64,000 bases of DNA from Sedimentisphaerales bacterium (GTDB lineage: Bacteria > Planctomycetota > Phycisphaerae > Sedimentisphaerales > Anaerobacaceae): assembly GCA_963708075.1 (NCBI GenBank), contig OY970194.1, positions 4,768,001-4,832,000 of the forward strand, read 5' to 3'. Position numbers and translations under genes: made by a program. Shown here in pieces: positions 48,305 through 58,361 of the stretch (positions within the stretch are counted from its first letter, which is position 1; each line of letters starts with the position of its first letter). The notes under the pieces are model-generated. The model was not told where the DNA came from, searched no databases, and was given only the letters and a program-made list of their open reading frames with translations.

Positions 48305-49624
48305 TTACAGGTGCCAGGGACTTCGCAGCGGCCGGCCGAGCATCGCTGTCGCGGTCGGATCGCCGATAATCTCCTCGGTTTCAGGGTTGAAACGAATCTT
48401 TCGGCCCAGCCACATGGCGATCCGCCCGAGATGGCCCGGTGTCGCGGAACGATGGGCCGCCTCGCAGGGCGTGATCGTTTCCTTGCGGCTCTTGATGCAA
48501 TCCAGGAAGTTGCGCCAGTGGCCCGGCGACTCATACAGGCGCACATCGTTCGGGCCGAACTTCTCGTTAAGCAGTTCCTTCGGCTCAGCCTCGACCTTGT
48601 TGCCGCGATTGACCCAGACCCAGCCTCTATCGCCGATCCACTTGGTGCCGCCGCGGATGTCCCTGTGCCCGCCCGCGATGATCATCGTGACGCCATCGCG
48701 GTACTTGGCCGTCAGGCGGTACCGGGTCGGGCTGTCATAGAGCCCGTCTTTCGGATATTCGCCTGTGCCTTCGATCTCCAGCGGACCGGTGTTATCGAAT
48801 CCCAGGCCCCAGTGGGCGATATCCACGTGGTGGCCGATCCAGTCCATGAGCTGACCGCCGCCATAGTCGAGGACCCATCGCCAGTTCTTCGGCAGCAGTG
48901 CGGGACGGTACGGCGTATACGGGGCCGGGCCGATCCACATGTCGTAGTCGAGCCCCTGCGGCGGGGCCACGATCTGCTCCTGACCTGCTGTCTTGGCGAA
49001 ATCCGAGTGTCCCGAAGGCAGTCCGACTTCGACCGTGTGCACCTTGCCGATCCGGCCGTTGCGGACCAATTCGCAGGCGAAGCGGAAGTGCGATTCGGAG
49101 CGCTGCCAACTGCCAGTCTGCCAGATCCGGCCATACCTCTTGACCGCCTCGCACATCGCCCGACCCTCCCGCAGGTCGTGCGAGAGCGGCTTTTCGCCGA
49201 AGATATCCTTGCCCGAGCGGGCCGCCTCAATCGCCGGGATCGCGTGCCAGTGATCGGGCAGACCCAGCGACACCGCGTCAATATCGCTGCGGGCGAGCAG
49301 CTCGCGATAGTCATTATAGGCGGCACAGTCCTGGTTGCCGTACCGCTTGTTGACAGCGTTTACGGCACCCTGGAGGGTGTTCTTGTCCACGTCGCAGATG
49401 GCGACGATCCGGCAGTCCTTTTCCCCGAGGAACTGACGCATATTGGAGCCGCCCTGCCACCCGACGCCGATGCAGCCCATGGTGATCCGCTCGCTGGGAG
49501 CGACGGCACCGGCATTGCCAAGGGCCGAAGAGCTGATGATGCATGGAAACGCCACCACCCCCACTGCGGTTCCGGCCGCGGCGCCGAGGAATTGCCGCCG
49601 GCTCACGTCGTGCTTCGTCACCAT
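48305..49624 (-). CDS. Tat-exported Gfo/Idh/MocA oxidoreductase (paralog 12)
   Basis: SRRQFL; GVGWQG, LPDHWH, GEKP, QTGSWQRS, DYGGGQLMDWIGHH. Confidence 0.92.
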   Translation of the reverse strand: MVTKHDVSRRQFLGAAAGTAVGVVAFPCIISSSALGNAGAVAPSERITMGCIGVGWQGGSNMRQFLGEKDCRIVAICDVDKNTLQGAVNAVNKRYGNQDCAAYNDYRELLARSDIDAVSLGLPDHWHAIPAIEAARSGKDIFGEKPLSHDLREGRAMCEAVKRYGRIWQTGSWQRSESHFRFACELVRNGRIGKVHTVEVGLPSGHSDFAKTAGQEQIVAPPQGLDYDMWIGPAPYTPYRPALLPKNWRWVLDYGGGQLMDWIGHHVDIAHWGLGFDNTGPLEIEGTGEYPKDGLYDSPTRYRLTAKYRDGVTMIIAGGHRDIRGGTKWIGDRGWVWVNRGNKVEAEPKELLNEKFGPNDVRLYESPGHWRNFLDCIKSRKETITPCEAAHRSATPGHLGRIAMWLGRKIRFNPETEEIIGDPTATAMLGRPLRSPWHL

Positions 49625-49695
49625 GCCCGCCGCCCTGCTAATCAACTGGTGAGGCCTGGACGTTTGCGCACGCCCAGGCCTCACGCTTGTTGTTG

Positions 49696-50697
49696 TCATT
49701 TCTTCTCAAACGCCGAATCGAACGCGACTCGAGACGGCTTGAAGTCGGCCTGCTTGATGGCCTGGACAGCCTCGGCCGCCCCGTGCTCGCGATCCATCCG
49801 GCCGTCTTCCCACTCGATCGACAGCGGGCCCTGGTAGCCGATGTCGTTCAGGGCCACAATGATCTCCTCGAAGTTGATGTCCCCGTGTCCGATGGAGCGG
49901 AAATCCCAGTACCGGCGGGGATCGGTGAACTCCGTGTGACCGCCGAAAACGCCCACGGTGCCGTCCCCGTGAGCCCACCACACGTCCTTCATGTGGCAAT
50001 GGAAGATCCGGTCCGGGAACGTGCGGATGAACTTCACGTAATCGACGCCCTGGTAGCCGAGATGGCTCGGGTCGTAGTTGAAACCAAAGGACTTATGCTT
50101 CTTGACGGCGTCGACGGCCCGCTGCGCCGAGGCGATGTCGAACGCGATCTCCGTCGGATGGACTTCCAGGGCGAACTTGATGCCTTCGGCCTTGAACGCG
50201 TCCAGGATGGGGATGAACCGCTTGGCGAAGTCATCGTACCCGGCCTGGATCATCTCTTTCGAGGCCGGCGGGAACGAGTACAGCATGTGCCAGATGGAGC
50301 TGCCGGTGAACCCGTTGACGACCTTGACACCGAGCTTTTTGGCCGCCTTGGCCGCATCGATCATGTTCTGGGCCGCCCGCTGGCGGACGCCCTCCGGCTT
50401 GCCGTCGCCCCAGATCGCCGGCGGAATGATCGCCTTGTGACGGCCGTCGATATTGTCACAAATGCACTGGCCGACCAGGTGGTTCGAGATGGCGAACACC
50501 TTCAGCTCGTACTTGTCGAGCATCGCCCGCTTCGCCTTGCAGTAGTTGTCGTCCTTCAGGGCCTTGTCCACCTCGAAGTGGTCGCCCCAGCAGGCCAGCT
50601 CCAGCCCGTCGTAGCCCCAGCTCTTGGCCTTCTGCGCCAGCGTTTCCAGCGGCAGGTCCGCCCATTGTCCCGTGAAGAGTGTTACAGGTCTAGCCAT
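49696..50697 (-). CDS. Cytoplasmic sugar-phosphate isomerase/epimerase (AP_endonuc_2 TIM barrel)
   Basis: [43 protein letters not shown]. Confidence 0.9.
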   Translation of the reverse strand: MARPVTLFTGQWADLPLETLAQKAKSWGYDGLELACWGDHFEVDKALKDDNYCKAKRAMLDKYELKVFAISNHLVGQCICDNIDGRHKAIIPPAIWGDGKPEGVRQRAAQNMIDAAKAAKKLGVKVVNGFTGSSIWHMLYSFPPASKEMIQAGYDDFAKRFIPILDAFKAEGIKFALEVHPTEIAFDIASAQRAVDAVKKHKSFGFNYDPSHLGYQGVDYVKFIRTFPDRIFHCHMKDVWWAHGDGTVGVFGGHTEFTDPRRYWDFRSIGHGDINFEEIIVALNDIGYQGPLSIEWEDGRMDREHGAAEAVQAIKQADFKPSRVAFDSAFEKK

Positions 50698-50903
50698 CTC
50701 GAAACCTCCTTATCCAAAGGACTCGTAGGGTGTGCACGGCACACCAATCCTGCAAAGCGCCTTTCTCACTAAAAGAACGCTTACAATCCTCCCTTTATTG
50801 CGGCTCACCTCCCCGGCGGGTCGCCCTGGCACGCGCGTGTCCTTTGCCCGGATTTTCGTCCGAGCCGGAGACACCTACCCTCGCGACATACCAAGAGTTC
50901 CCC

Positions 50904-50931
50904 ATTATACAAGCCCCGACGGGGCAAGCAA
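50904..50931 (-). promoter_or_regulatory. Putative promoter heading the large minus-strand cluster
   Basis: TTGCTT-16 nt-TATAAT on the minus strand; palindromic spacer gccccgtcggggc. Confidence 0.5.
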
Positions 50932-51223
50932 CGATTTCCAAGTCAAAATCCCCGTACGACAGGGGACATCCTCCAGGCGTCGGGACCGTCCCGGCAGACC
51001 GGTACCGGCCCCACCCAATGGATTGCGCCAAACCTTCTGCTGTTACGCCGAGGAATTCATTTTCCACCGGATGGCGTAGCACCGCCGCTCGGCTTCAACG
51101 TAACATTGATGGATGCGCCAAGTCCTGCCTGGCGTGACAGCCAGAGCATGCGCGAGGCTCCCATGATCGGGCGTGCCTGACAATCTACTTGGATTCACAT
51201 GCTTTTTCGAAAAGGAGACAGCG

Positions 51224-52339
51224 ATGAGTACACTGGCACGAGTGGCAACAGTCATTCTGGTGATCGCCGCAGCTTCAGGTCATGCACAGGCAGAGCCTTG
51301 GCCGCCTGATGTCTCCGTCAGTCCCCGGAATCCGGGTACCTCGGACCCAATCACCCTCACCATCTCGGACACGTGGTCAACCGACTGCGTCCCGCGAGGA
51401 ATCGTCGACACTCAGATTCAGGGGCACTCGATATACGTCACTGTGGGTCTCGTCATGTATGTCGTATGCAATCCCAAGCCGACCTTCTGGCAGGAGCAGT
51501 GCGCGGTAGGCCCCCTGGCTGCCGGATGCTACGATGTCTACGTTGGGCATGGCTCGGAGCATGGCGGGGAAATCCAACTCGTACAGCCGTTTGCCAAGGC
51601 CGCGACCTTTTGTGTGGGTGCCGGAGGGACTGGCGGCAGCTTCTGTTTTCCCCGCCCGGCCTACGATAGCGGTTGGATTGACACGCCCAAAACCGGGCCG
51701 GCACCCTACACGACGACCCTGACACACAATCTGGGCGGCAACGTGGACGATTACGTCCTCGATCTGCAGTACAAAACGTCCGGCCCGGGCGAGACCAACG
51801 TGACGAACGCGGGGGTCGGAAACACGTTCCACTACAGCCAACTGACGACCACGAGCGTGAAGCTGACGGGGCCGATCAGCCCAAAGGACGCAACGGTGAG
51901 TCTTCGTATCCGGATCTGGGTCTACAACTGCGGCGTTTCGTGTCCGGTTGACCTGGCCCCATATGAGCGCCTCAATCAGGGCGCCTCTCCATCGTCCATC
52001 CAGGCAGGCCAGACCCTGACCCTGAGGTTCGGCGTGGTGAACAATGGTACGCAAGCCGTCGCTCCGGGGTGGCGCATAAAGTACTTTGCCTCGCAGGACA
52101 CCAACATTCAGCAGACTGACGGCGACTACCTCCTCTATGAAACGACGGCCGACTTCGGAATCGATGCCGGTGAGCAACTGGGCCTTCTGGAGGAATTCGC
52201 GTTCCCCAGCACCGTGCCCGCCGGCCAATACTACCTCGGATGGATCTTCGATCCGCTCAACGAGATCTGCGAGTCCGACGAGAACAACAACACAGGCTGC
52301 CTGTGCACCACAGGGGGCAGGCTGACGGTTATGGAATAA
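51224..52339 (+). CDS. Secreted hypothetical protein with C-terminal CARDB/Ig-like domain
   Basis: AAGGAG RBS; signal peptide ending AQA; C-terminal V.N.G...G.YYLG.I.DP.NEI.ESDE.NN. Confidence 0.7.
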   Translation: MSTLARVATVILVIAAASGHAQAEPWPPDVSVSPRNPGTSDPITLTISDTWSTDCVPRGIVDTQIQGHSIYVTVGLVMYVVCNPKPTFWQEQCAVGPLAAGCYDVYVGHGSEHGGEIQLVQPFAKAATFCVGAGGTGGSFCFPRPAYDSGWIDTPKTGPAPYTTTLTHNLGGNVDDYVLDLQYKTSGPGETNVTNAGVGNTFHYSQLTTTSVKLTGPISPKDATVSLRIRIWVYNCGVSCPVDLAPYERLNQGASPSSIQAGQTLTLRFGVVNNGTQAVAPGWRIKYFASQDTNIQQTDGDYLLYETTADFGIDAGEQLGLLEEFAFPSTVPAGQYYLGWIFDPLNEICESDENNNTGCLCTTGGRLTVME

Positions 52340-52419
52340 GAGGTAGGACCGCTTCGGCGGGGGATTCACCATCCTACTCCGCAGGCGCCGCATAGTCGCA
52401 CGATTTTTGGGATGTGATA

Positions 52420-53691
52420 TTAATTGCCCTTGGGCACCTGTAGCGTGACCATTTGAGGGCCTTTGCCCAGGGGCAGGGTGAATGTCTGGCGGGAAGAGAG
52501 GTGATCCGAGGTCGTCAATGTCGCGGCGTAGTCGCCGGGGTAGGCCGGGAAGGCGACGATGCCAGAGGAGTTGGTAGTGCCGGAGGCGTTGGTGGACCAC
52601 TCGGCCATGAGGGCTTCATAGCGTTTGCCGGCTTCGGTGAGCGTCCAATCCCGTTTTGCCAGGCCGGCGTTGGGCCCTCGCCAGGAATTGCCTGCCCAGA
52701 AGATCCACATGACGATTCCCTCGACGGCGGGATGGCTATACGCCGTGCGATAGACCAGCTCCAGCTTGTCCGCGTTGGACTTTTCGTCCACGTCCGCCAC
52801 GTCGAACTCGCTGATCCAGATCGGCAGTCCAAGGGCGGCGACCTTGTCCAGCCGCTGTTTGATCACCTCGGGATGGGCGAGGATGTCTTCGGACCAGACG
52901 TGGCCCTGGATGCCGACACCGTCGATCGGCGCCCCCTGCTCCCGCAGCCGGCGGACCTGGGCGACATATTCGTCCGTCTGGACCTCATTGAAATCCTTAT
53001 CCACGGACAGGACGTTGAACTCGTTCGTGTACAGTTTCACGTCCGGATCGAGCTCGCGGGCCCGTTTATACATCCAGACGTGGATATCCTCGCCGAGGCG
53101 GCCGCTGAAGAAGGTCCCGTGCAGCATCTCGTTGTCCACGTCCCAGTGGACGAACTTGCCGCGAAAGTGATTGACTGCGCTCTCTATGCGATGCTCGACG
53201 ACAGCCTTCAACTGTGCGGCATCGAGCGGCAACATCCACCGCGGCTGCCACTTCTCGGGCTCCCAGAAGATGCAGTGGCCGCGGACGGGGATGCCGTTGT
53301 CCTTGCACCACTGACACATCGCGTCGGCGGCGGCGTAGTCGTCTTTGCCCCGCACCCTCTCATTACTGTACCACTTGGACTCGTTCTCGAAGACCGCCCA
53401 GTTGAAGTGAGACTTGAAGAACTCGCCGTACTGGGCGTTTCTCAACAGAGCCGCGCTGACGGCCGCGCCAAAGGGAAACGCTTTGCGGGTCTGGCGAGCC
53501 TCCACGGCCACGCCCGCCTGCGGCTTGCCCTGCCCGTCGACGACGCGAACCTGCACGGGACGCAGGCGGATTTCCCGGATTCTCGCATCAGCCTCCGTCC
53601 GCCACGAAGCGTCCTGTGCCCAGCAAGCCGGTACACACAAGCTGCTCCAAGCTGCTGCCAGAACAATCGACACGCATCGCTGTTCACGCAT
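52420..53691 (-). CDS. GH10 endo-1,4-beta-xylanase-like
   Basis: FENESKW, RGHCIFW, WDVDNE (acid/base), GVGIQGH, IWISEFD (nucleophile). Confidence 0.9.
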   Translation of the reverse strand: MREQRCVSIVLAAAWSSLCVPACWAQDASWRTEADARIREIRLRPVQVRVVDGQGKPQAGVAVEARQTRKAFPFGAAVSAALLRNAQYGEFFKSHFNWAVFENESKWYSNERVRGKDDYAAADAMCQWCKDNGIPVRGHCIFWEPEKWQPRWMLPLDAAQLKAVVEHRIESAVNHFRGKFVHWDVDNEMLHGTFFSGRLGEDIHVWMYKRARELDPDVKLYTNEFNVLSVDKDFNEVQTDEYVAQVRRLREQGAPIDGVGIQGHVWSEDILAHPEVIKQRLDKVAALGLPIWISEFDVADVDEKSNADKLELVYRTAYSHPAVEGIVMWIFWAGNSWRGPNAGLAKRDWTLTEAGKRYEALMAEWSTNASGTTNSSGIVAFPAYPGDYAATLTTSDHLSSRQTFTLPLGKGPQMVTLQVPKGN

Positions 53692-53707
53692 AACGGACTC
53701 CCACATC

Positions 53708-55033
53708 TCAAAGATCGGCCTGCCCGCCACCGGCAGGTCCATGCTTCATACCACTACCTGTCATCTGAACGTCCACTACCTCGACCTTGGGTGGATTAGC
53801 ATAAGCTGCATATCGCGCCGCCAGCGTCTCACGTGTCGGCGTTTCGCCTCGCCCTACCCAGAAGCGGTACCGCAGGGTCAGGGTTTCATTCTTTGGAATC
53901 GTCTGCCTGCAAAACGCACCGAACCGCCCGTAATCGCGATAGGCCGAGTAGAACGTCCCTTTGGGGTTCGCAGGGTGGTTCATGTGCTGCACGCAGTAGC
54001 GATTGCCGTTGAGGCCGTAGGACATCGCCACCCAGGGCAAGTCCGTGTCCTTGCGAGGGTCGATGCCATCGGCATGGAACAGGTACTGCGCATTGTTCTC
54101 TTCGGGCCCGGTCGCCACGTCGTTATGCGCTCGATACTGCACACCTCCATGCTCCGGATCGCCATCGAGAAGCACATCGCCGGCGACGGCTTTCAACTGG
54201 CTTTCGATATCCAGCAGCACGACGGTCGGGTCCGGGAGCCGGTAGACCGTGATGGTTCTCTGTTCGATGATGATTGCCATGCCCCACAGACCGGGGCCTG
54301 CCGGATCGCTCCAGTGAACGGTCGAAGCGACCCTGGCCAGGAAGTTTCCCGCCTCCCTTAGATTGAGATCATGGACTACCTGAGCTGTACCTTTCATGTC
54401 CCAGAAATCGTATTCCTTGCCTTCGAACGTCAGCTTGTTCCACCCGATGAAAATGCCACACTCGTTGGGATCGAGGATCTTGGCGCCCTCATACGGCTGG
54501 ACGCCATCCGGCCCGTTGGTCAGCCTCTGCTGATCGTCGTAGACATGGATAACCGGCTTTCGACACCGCCACGGCCGCTCCCAATACGGGTCACGCCGCA
54601 CATACGCAACGATCTTGGCGTCGCCGTAATGCAGGACGGAACTCCCTGGAGGATAGTCCAACCAGCAAGGCCGGTGATCGGCGAAGGCGCCTGGGCGACA
54701 GAAGTAACTCACGTCATAGACCTTTGCCGTCCACAGACTGGAGGTGTTTGCCTGCACTTGCGGCGCTATCCACCACAGTTCGCCCTTTCCGCTGAGATCG
54801 CCCATGATGGTGCCATGTGCACGCGACTCATCATTCTCGTCCATTGGAATGTCGAGAAGAGATGGAGGAACGACGCATATCCAGCCGGGCACATCGATGG
54901 GCACGCATATGGGGACTTCGATACATCGGGTATCGCCGCCCGTGACCTTCAGGTGTATCAGCGCGGCATTCTCCGCCGCGTCCAGATTGCACGCCAGTAC
55001 AGCACTCGCCAGAACCAGCATTGCCGCTCTCAT
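53708..55033 (-). CDS. Secreted DUF6807 ('PmoA-like') protein
   Basis: GIFIGW..DFW, GGVQYRA, NHPANP, RDYGRFG, LTLRYR. Confidence 0.65.
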   Translation of the reverse strand: MRAAMLVLASAVLACNLDAAENAALIHLKVTGGDTRCIEVPICVPIDVPGWICVVPPSLLDIPMDENDESRAHGTIMGDLSGKGELWWIAPQVQANTSSLWTAKVYDVSYFCRPGAFADHRPCWLDYPPGSSVLHYGDAKIVAYVRRDPYWERPWRCRKPVIHVYDDQQRLTNGPDGVQPYEGAKILDPNECGIFIGWNKLTFEGKEYDFWDMKGTAQVVHDLNLREAGNFLARVASTVHWSDPAGPGLWGMAIIIEQRTITVYRLPDPTVVLLDIESQLKAVAGDVLLDGDPEHGGVQYRAHNDVATGPEENNAQYLFHADGIDPRKDTDLPWVAMSYGLNGNRYCVQHMNHPANPKGTFYSAYRDYGRFGAFCRQTIPKNETLTLRYRFWVGRGETPTRETLAARYAAYANPPKVEVVDVQMTGSGMKHGPAGGGQADL

Positions 55034-55104
55034 GTCCCTCCCTTCGGTCACCGGAGCCGTCCGTCACACGCGGGGCCAAATCATCAATAGTCAATCATCC
55101 ATCA

Positions 55105-56970
55105 TCAATCCAAAGGCACGATCCAGACGTTGCGGAAGCTGACTTCGTTGCCGTGTTCCTGAAGCAGGATCGGCAGAGGCTTCGGGCCTTCTTGCTGGCC
55201 GGCGCCGGTTTTACGCGGGACCTCGACGTTGTCGTGGATCAGGATGCCGTTCTGAAAGACCGTGATTCGCGCGTTTTGCACTTTCTCAGGCTTGCCGTCT
55301 TTGTCCGCCCAACGGGCCGCACGGAAGAGAATGTCGTAGGTCTGCCATTCGCCCGGCTTCTTGCAGACGTTCTGGTCGGGGGCCTTGAACGTGTAGATAC
55401 TGCCGCACTCATTATTCTTGGGCTCCAGTCCGTAAGAGTCGAGGATTTGCAGCTCGTACCGCCGCTGGATGTAGATGCCGCTGTTGCCCCGGCCCTGGCC
55501 CTTGACGTTGTCGGGCATCTGGGGCGTCTTGAACTCCGCGTGCATCATGAAGTCCGTATAGTCGCGCTTGGTCATAATACTGCCGGTCTTGGGCACGGAC
55601 TGCATCACGCCGTCGGCGATCTTCCACTGAATCTCACCGCCGCCTTCGCGCTGCCACTGGGAGAAGTCCTTGCTCAAGACGGTCGCCTGCGCGGGCCGGC
55701 TCGCTTCGACTTTCACCTGCGGCGGGTTCGCGTAATCGTTCCAGATCCGCTCGATCTGGGCGACATCGGGCTTGCCCTCGTGGACGTACCAGCGATAACG
55801 GAACACGTGGTCCTCGCCCGGCTTCATCTCCCACTCGCCCAACTGCGACGGGCAGAAATTGAAGAAGATATAGTTGTTAGGCTCGGGCCACAGCCGCATC
55901 GGCTCCGGGTGCCGGAAGTTCGCAGGATTGCTGAAGAATGTCACACCCTGCCACTCGTCGCCCGCCTTGCCGTAGTTGTCGCACCAGCGGGCACGGGTCG
56001 CGTGGCCGTCCTTGCGGGTCTTGCCCTCGCTGGTCAGGTAGTCCGCGTTCGGGCCCTTCCACTGCCGCGTTGCCCGGTACCCGAAGCCGCCATAACGATA
56101 CTCGTCCTGAATCAGCGGCTGGTCGGCCACGCAACGCTGCGTCGATTGGAAATCCACCAGCCAGTAACCCTTCTCTGTCCCACCCACGTTATAGACGCGA
56201 ACGTCCCAGACCTCCTTGAGAATCGTCTGCTCGCCCTTGGAGGTTTTCAACGCCACGTGGTCGTGCTCCGCCTGGAAGCCGCCGTAGACCGCACCGGTGG
56301 TCGTCGCCAGGAACTTCGAGAAGCGGACGGTCCCCGTGCCGTCGCCGACGTTCCAGAAATCGACCATCTTGCCCTCGAAGGTCGTGTGCGTCCAAGGCAT
56401 CCAGATACCCATGTGGTGGAGGTGGTCCGGCGGATTGATGTCGGTCAGCACCGTCCCCTTGGGTGACCAAAGGGGGTGGATGAACGCACTGTGGTCGTAC
56501 AGCGGCAGCTTCGACTCCGGGACCTTGGCGACGCCCTTCGGAGCCGGGAACGCCGCATGATGGTACTGCATCACCTTGGCATCCCCGACACTGATCTCCA
56601 GGTTCTTCTCGTCTTTGACGGCTTTGACCGGCCGGTCAACCCGAGCCTCCCCGGCGACTAACTCATAGACCCTCGTCTGTCCGGCAGGCAGTGTCCCCGC
56701 GATGATCCAATGCAGCTTCGGTGTCTCGCCCTGCTCGACCTGCGCCGGCACCGACACGCGATCAGCACCCCGCACCTCCTGCAACGACAGCGCCAGCCCC
56801 TTCACCGCCTGCGGCACCGTCGCCAGAGGCACCGACACCGGCGTATCCGTGCGGGCGTATTGCCCCGCCTCCACGGTAATCGTCGCCAGCGGCTCAGCAC
56901 ACAAGGCCACGCCAGAAAGAGTCATCGCAAGAACACAGGTCACAACAGCCGACACACGTGCACACATCAC
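55105..56970 (-). CDS. Secreted DUF6807 + DUF1080 fusion protein
   Basis: FIHPL.SP.G, DHLHH.GIW, YGGFG.R, P.N..HP; then GRGNSGIY, YELQILD, GEWQTYDI, LQEHG..V.FRNVW. Confidence 0.85.
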   Translation of the reverse strand: MMCARVSAVVTCVLAMTLSGVALCAEPLATITVEAGQYARTDTPVSVPLATVPQAVKGLALSLQEVRGADRVSVPAQVEQGETPKLHWIIAGTLPAGQTRVYELVAGEARVDRPVKAVKDEKNLEISVGDAKVMQYHHAAFPAPKGVAKVPESKLPLYDHSAFIHPLWSPKGTVLTDINPPDHLHHMGIWMPWTHTTFEGKMVDFWNVGDGTGTVRFSKFLATTTGAVYGGFQAEHDHVALKTSKGEQTILKEVWDVRVYNVGGTEKGYWLVDFQSTQRCVADQPLIQDEYRYGGFGYRATRQWKGPNADYLTSEGKTRKDGHATRARWCDNYGKAGDEWQGVTFFSNPANFRHPEPMRLWPEPNNYIFFNFCPSQLGEWEMKPGEDHVFRYRWYVHEGKPDVAQIERIWNDYANPPQVKVEASRPAQATVLSKDFSQWQREGGGEIQWKIADGVMQSVPKTGSIMTKRDYTDFMMHAEFKTPQMPDNVKGQGRGNSGIYIQRRYELQILDSYGLEPKNNECGSIYTFKAPDQNVCKKPGEWQTYDILFRAARWADKDGKPEKVQNARITVFQNGILIHDNVEVPRKTGAGQQEGPKPLPILLQEHGNEVSFRNVWIVPLD

Positions 56971-57120
56971 GGTACTCCTTTCTATCTGAACCTTTACACA
57001 CCGATCCTCCCCGCTACCGAAAGACGGATTCTACCCGCCAGTTATTCCCGCGACAAGTAAAGCGCGTTTCTCGCGTGCCTGTGAGGCCCCATGTCACTCA
57101 TTGCCGTAAGGAGCCCAATC

Positions 57121-57269
57121 CGTCATGTCGAGCGAAGCGCAGCGGAGTCGAGACATCTGGCATCGCAGAGGATGCACCGTGCGGTCCCGGCCAGATCCCT
57201 CGGCGCAGCCTGGCCCTTCGACAGGCTCAGGGCAAGCTCTGAGCGCCGTCGAATGGGCTCGGGATGACA
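57121..57269. repeat. CGTC/TGTC-type REP-like composite element
   Basis: cgtcatgtcgagcgaagcgcagcggagtcgagacatct...agatccct...cccttcgacaggctcagggc...gctcgggatgaca. Confidence 0.7.
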
Positions 57270-57376
57270 AAGAGAGCCTGCTTCGCCAGAAGACATGGTA
57301 TTTTTGTCCTTGATTTTGTCTTGCCTTGCCCACGCTTATGGAGGTAAAATGAAACCACATTGCCAGGGAGAAAACC

Positions 57377-58337
57377 ATGAAACGCGAACACACATCGCGT
57401 GTCGCTTGGCGGTCCGAAGCCCATGTGCAGGGCCCCTGCCTTCCAATCATCGATCATCCTTCATCCATTCTCAATCAAAGGGCCTTCACCCTCATCGAGC
57501 TGCTGGTGGTGATCGCCATCATTGCCCTGCTGATGTCGATCCTGACGCCGATGCTGCAGCGGGCCCGCAAACACGCGAGGGCGGTCGCCTGCCAGGCGAA
57601 TCTGCGCCAGTGGGGCATTCTCTACGCCACGTATGCAGCGGAAAACGAAGGCCACCTGCCCGGCTGGCTCGACCGGCGCTGATGAGCCTGGCGACCCCGG
57701 GTGGGGGTGGTGGGGCTGGGGATGGGGCTACCGGGGCCGCCCGGGAGAACCGGAATCGCCACAGTACAGGGCTACCAAGGATATCATGCTCTGCCCCATG
57801 GCCACAAAGCCGGCCAATACGACCGATCAAGGCGATCCGGCGGGCGGGACCTTTTTGGCATGGGGCTACGGAACCCGGCCCAGGCCTGAGTACTGGCGGT
57901 ACGGCCACGGCAGCTACGGCGTGAATCGCTGGGTCCACTGGTCGTATTGGAGTGGTGGTGACACCTATTACCGCAAATACTGCTGGTCAACCCCCGACGT
58001 CAAGGAGGCCGCCGCGGTGCCCGTACTCCTGGACAGTGCCCGGCCCTGGGGCGGCTGGTGGGACCCGACGTCTGGGCAAAATATGCCGCCTCCGGAGTTT
58101 GATGCGATTCCGACGATGCCCTATACAAGTACCCCCTGGAATCCCTTCTGCATCAATCGCCACGATGGCTATGTCAACGGCCTGTTCCTCGATTGGTCCG
58201 TGCGCAAAGTGGGCTTCAAGGAGCTCTGGACGCTCACGTGGAACAAGCAGTTCAGCACCCGCGGCCCCCGGACCAAGGCCGGCGGTGCCAAACCCGAAGA
58301 CTGGCCCCAATGGATGCGACGGTTCAAGGACTACTGA
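57377..58337 (+). CDS. Prepilin-type N-methylation / H-X9-DG-like (DUF1559-like) protein, frameshift at ~57655-57680
   Basis: [19 protein letters not shown]...AR..AR...C..NLRQWG in ORF 57377; [18 protein letters not shown] in ORF 57633 (+1 frame). Confidence 0.8.
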
Positions 58338-58361
58338 GCAGGCACCCGGCACCGGCTTCCA

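Noticed and set aside
53708..56970. Particulate methane monooxygenase (pmoA)
   Set aside because: These are soluble secreted DUF6807-type domains with no TM helices and no pmoBC; the family name is misleading.
16529..57000. Prophage or integrative element
   Set aside because: No integrase, phage structural or conjugation genes and no att-like boundaries; composition resembles the flanking housekeeping genes.
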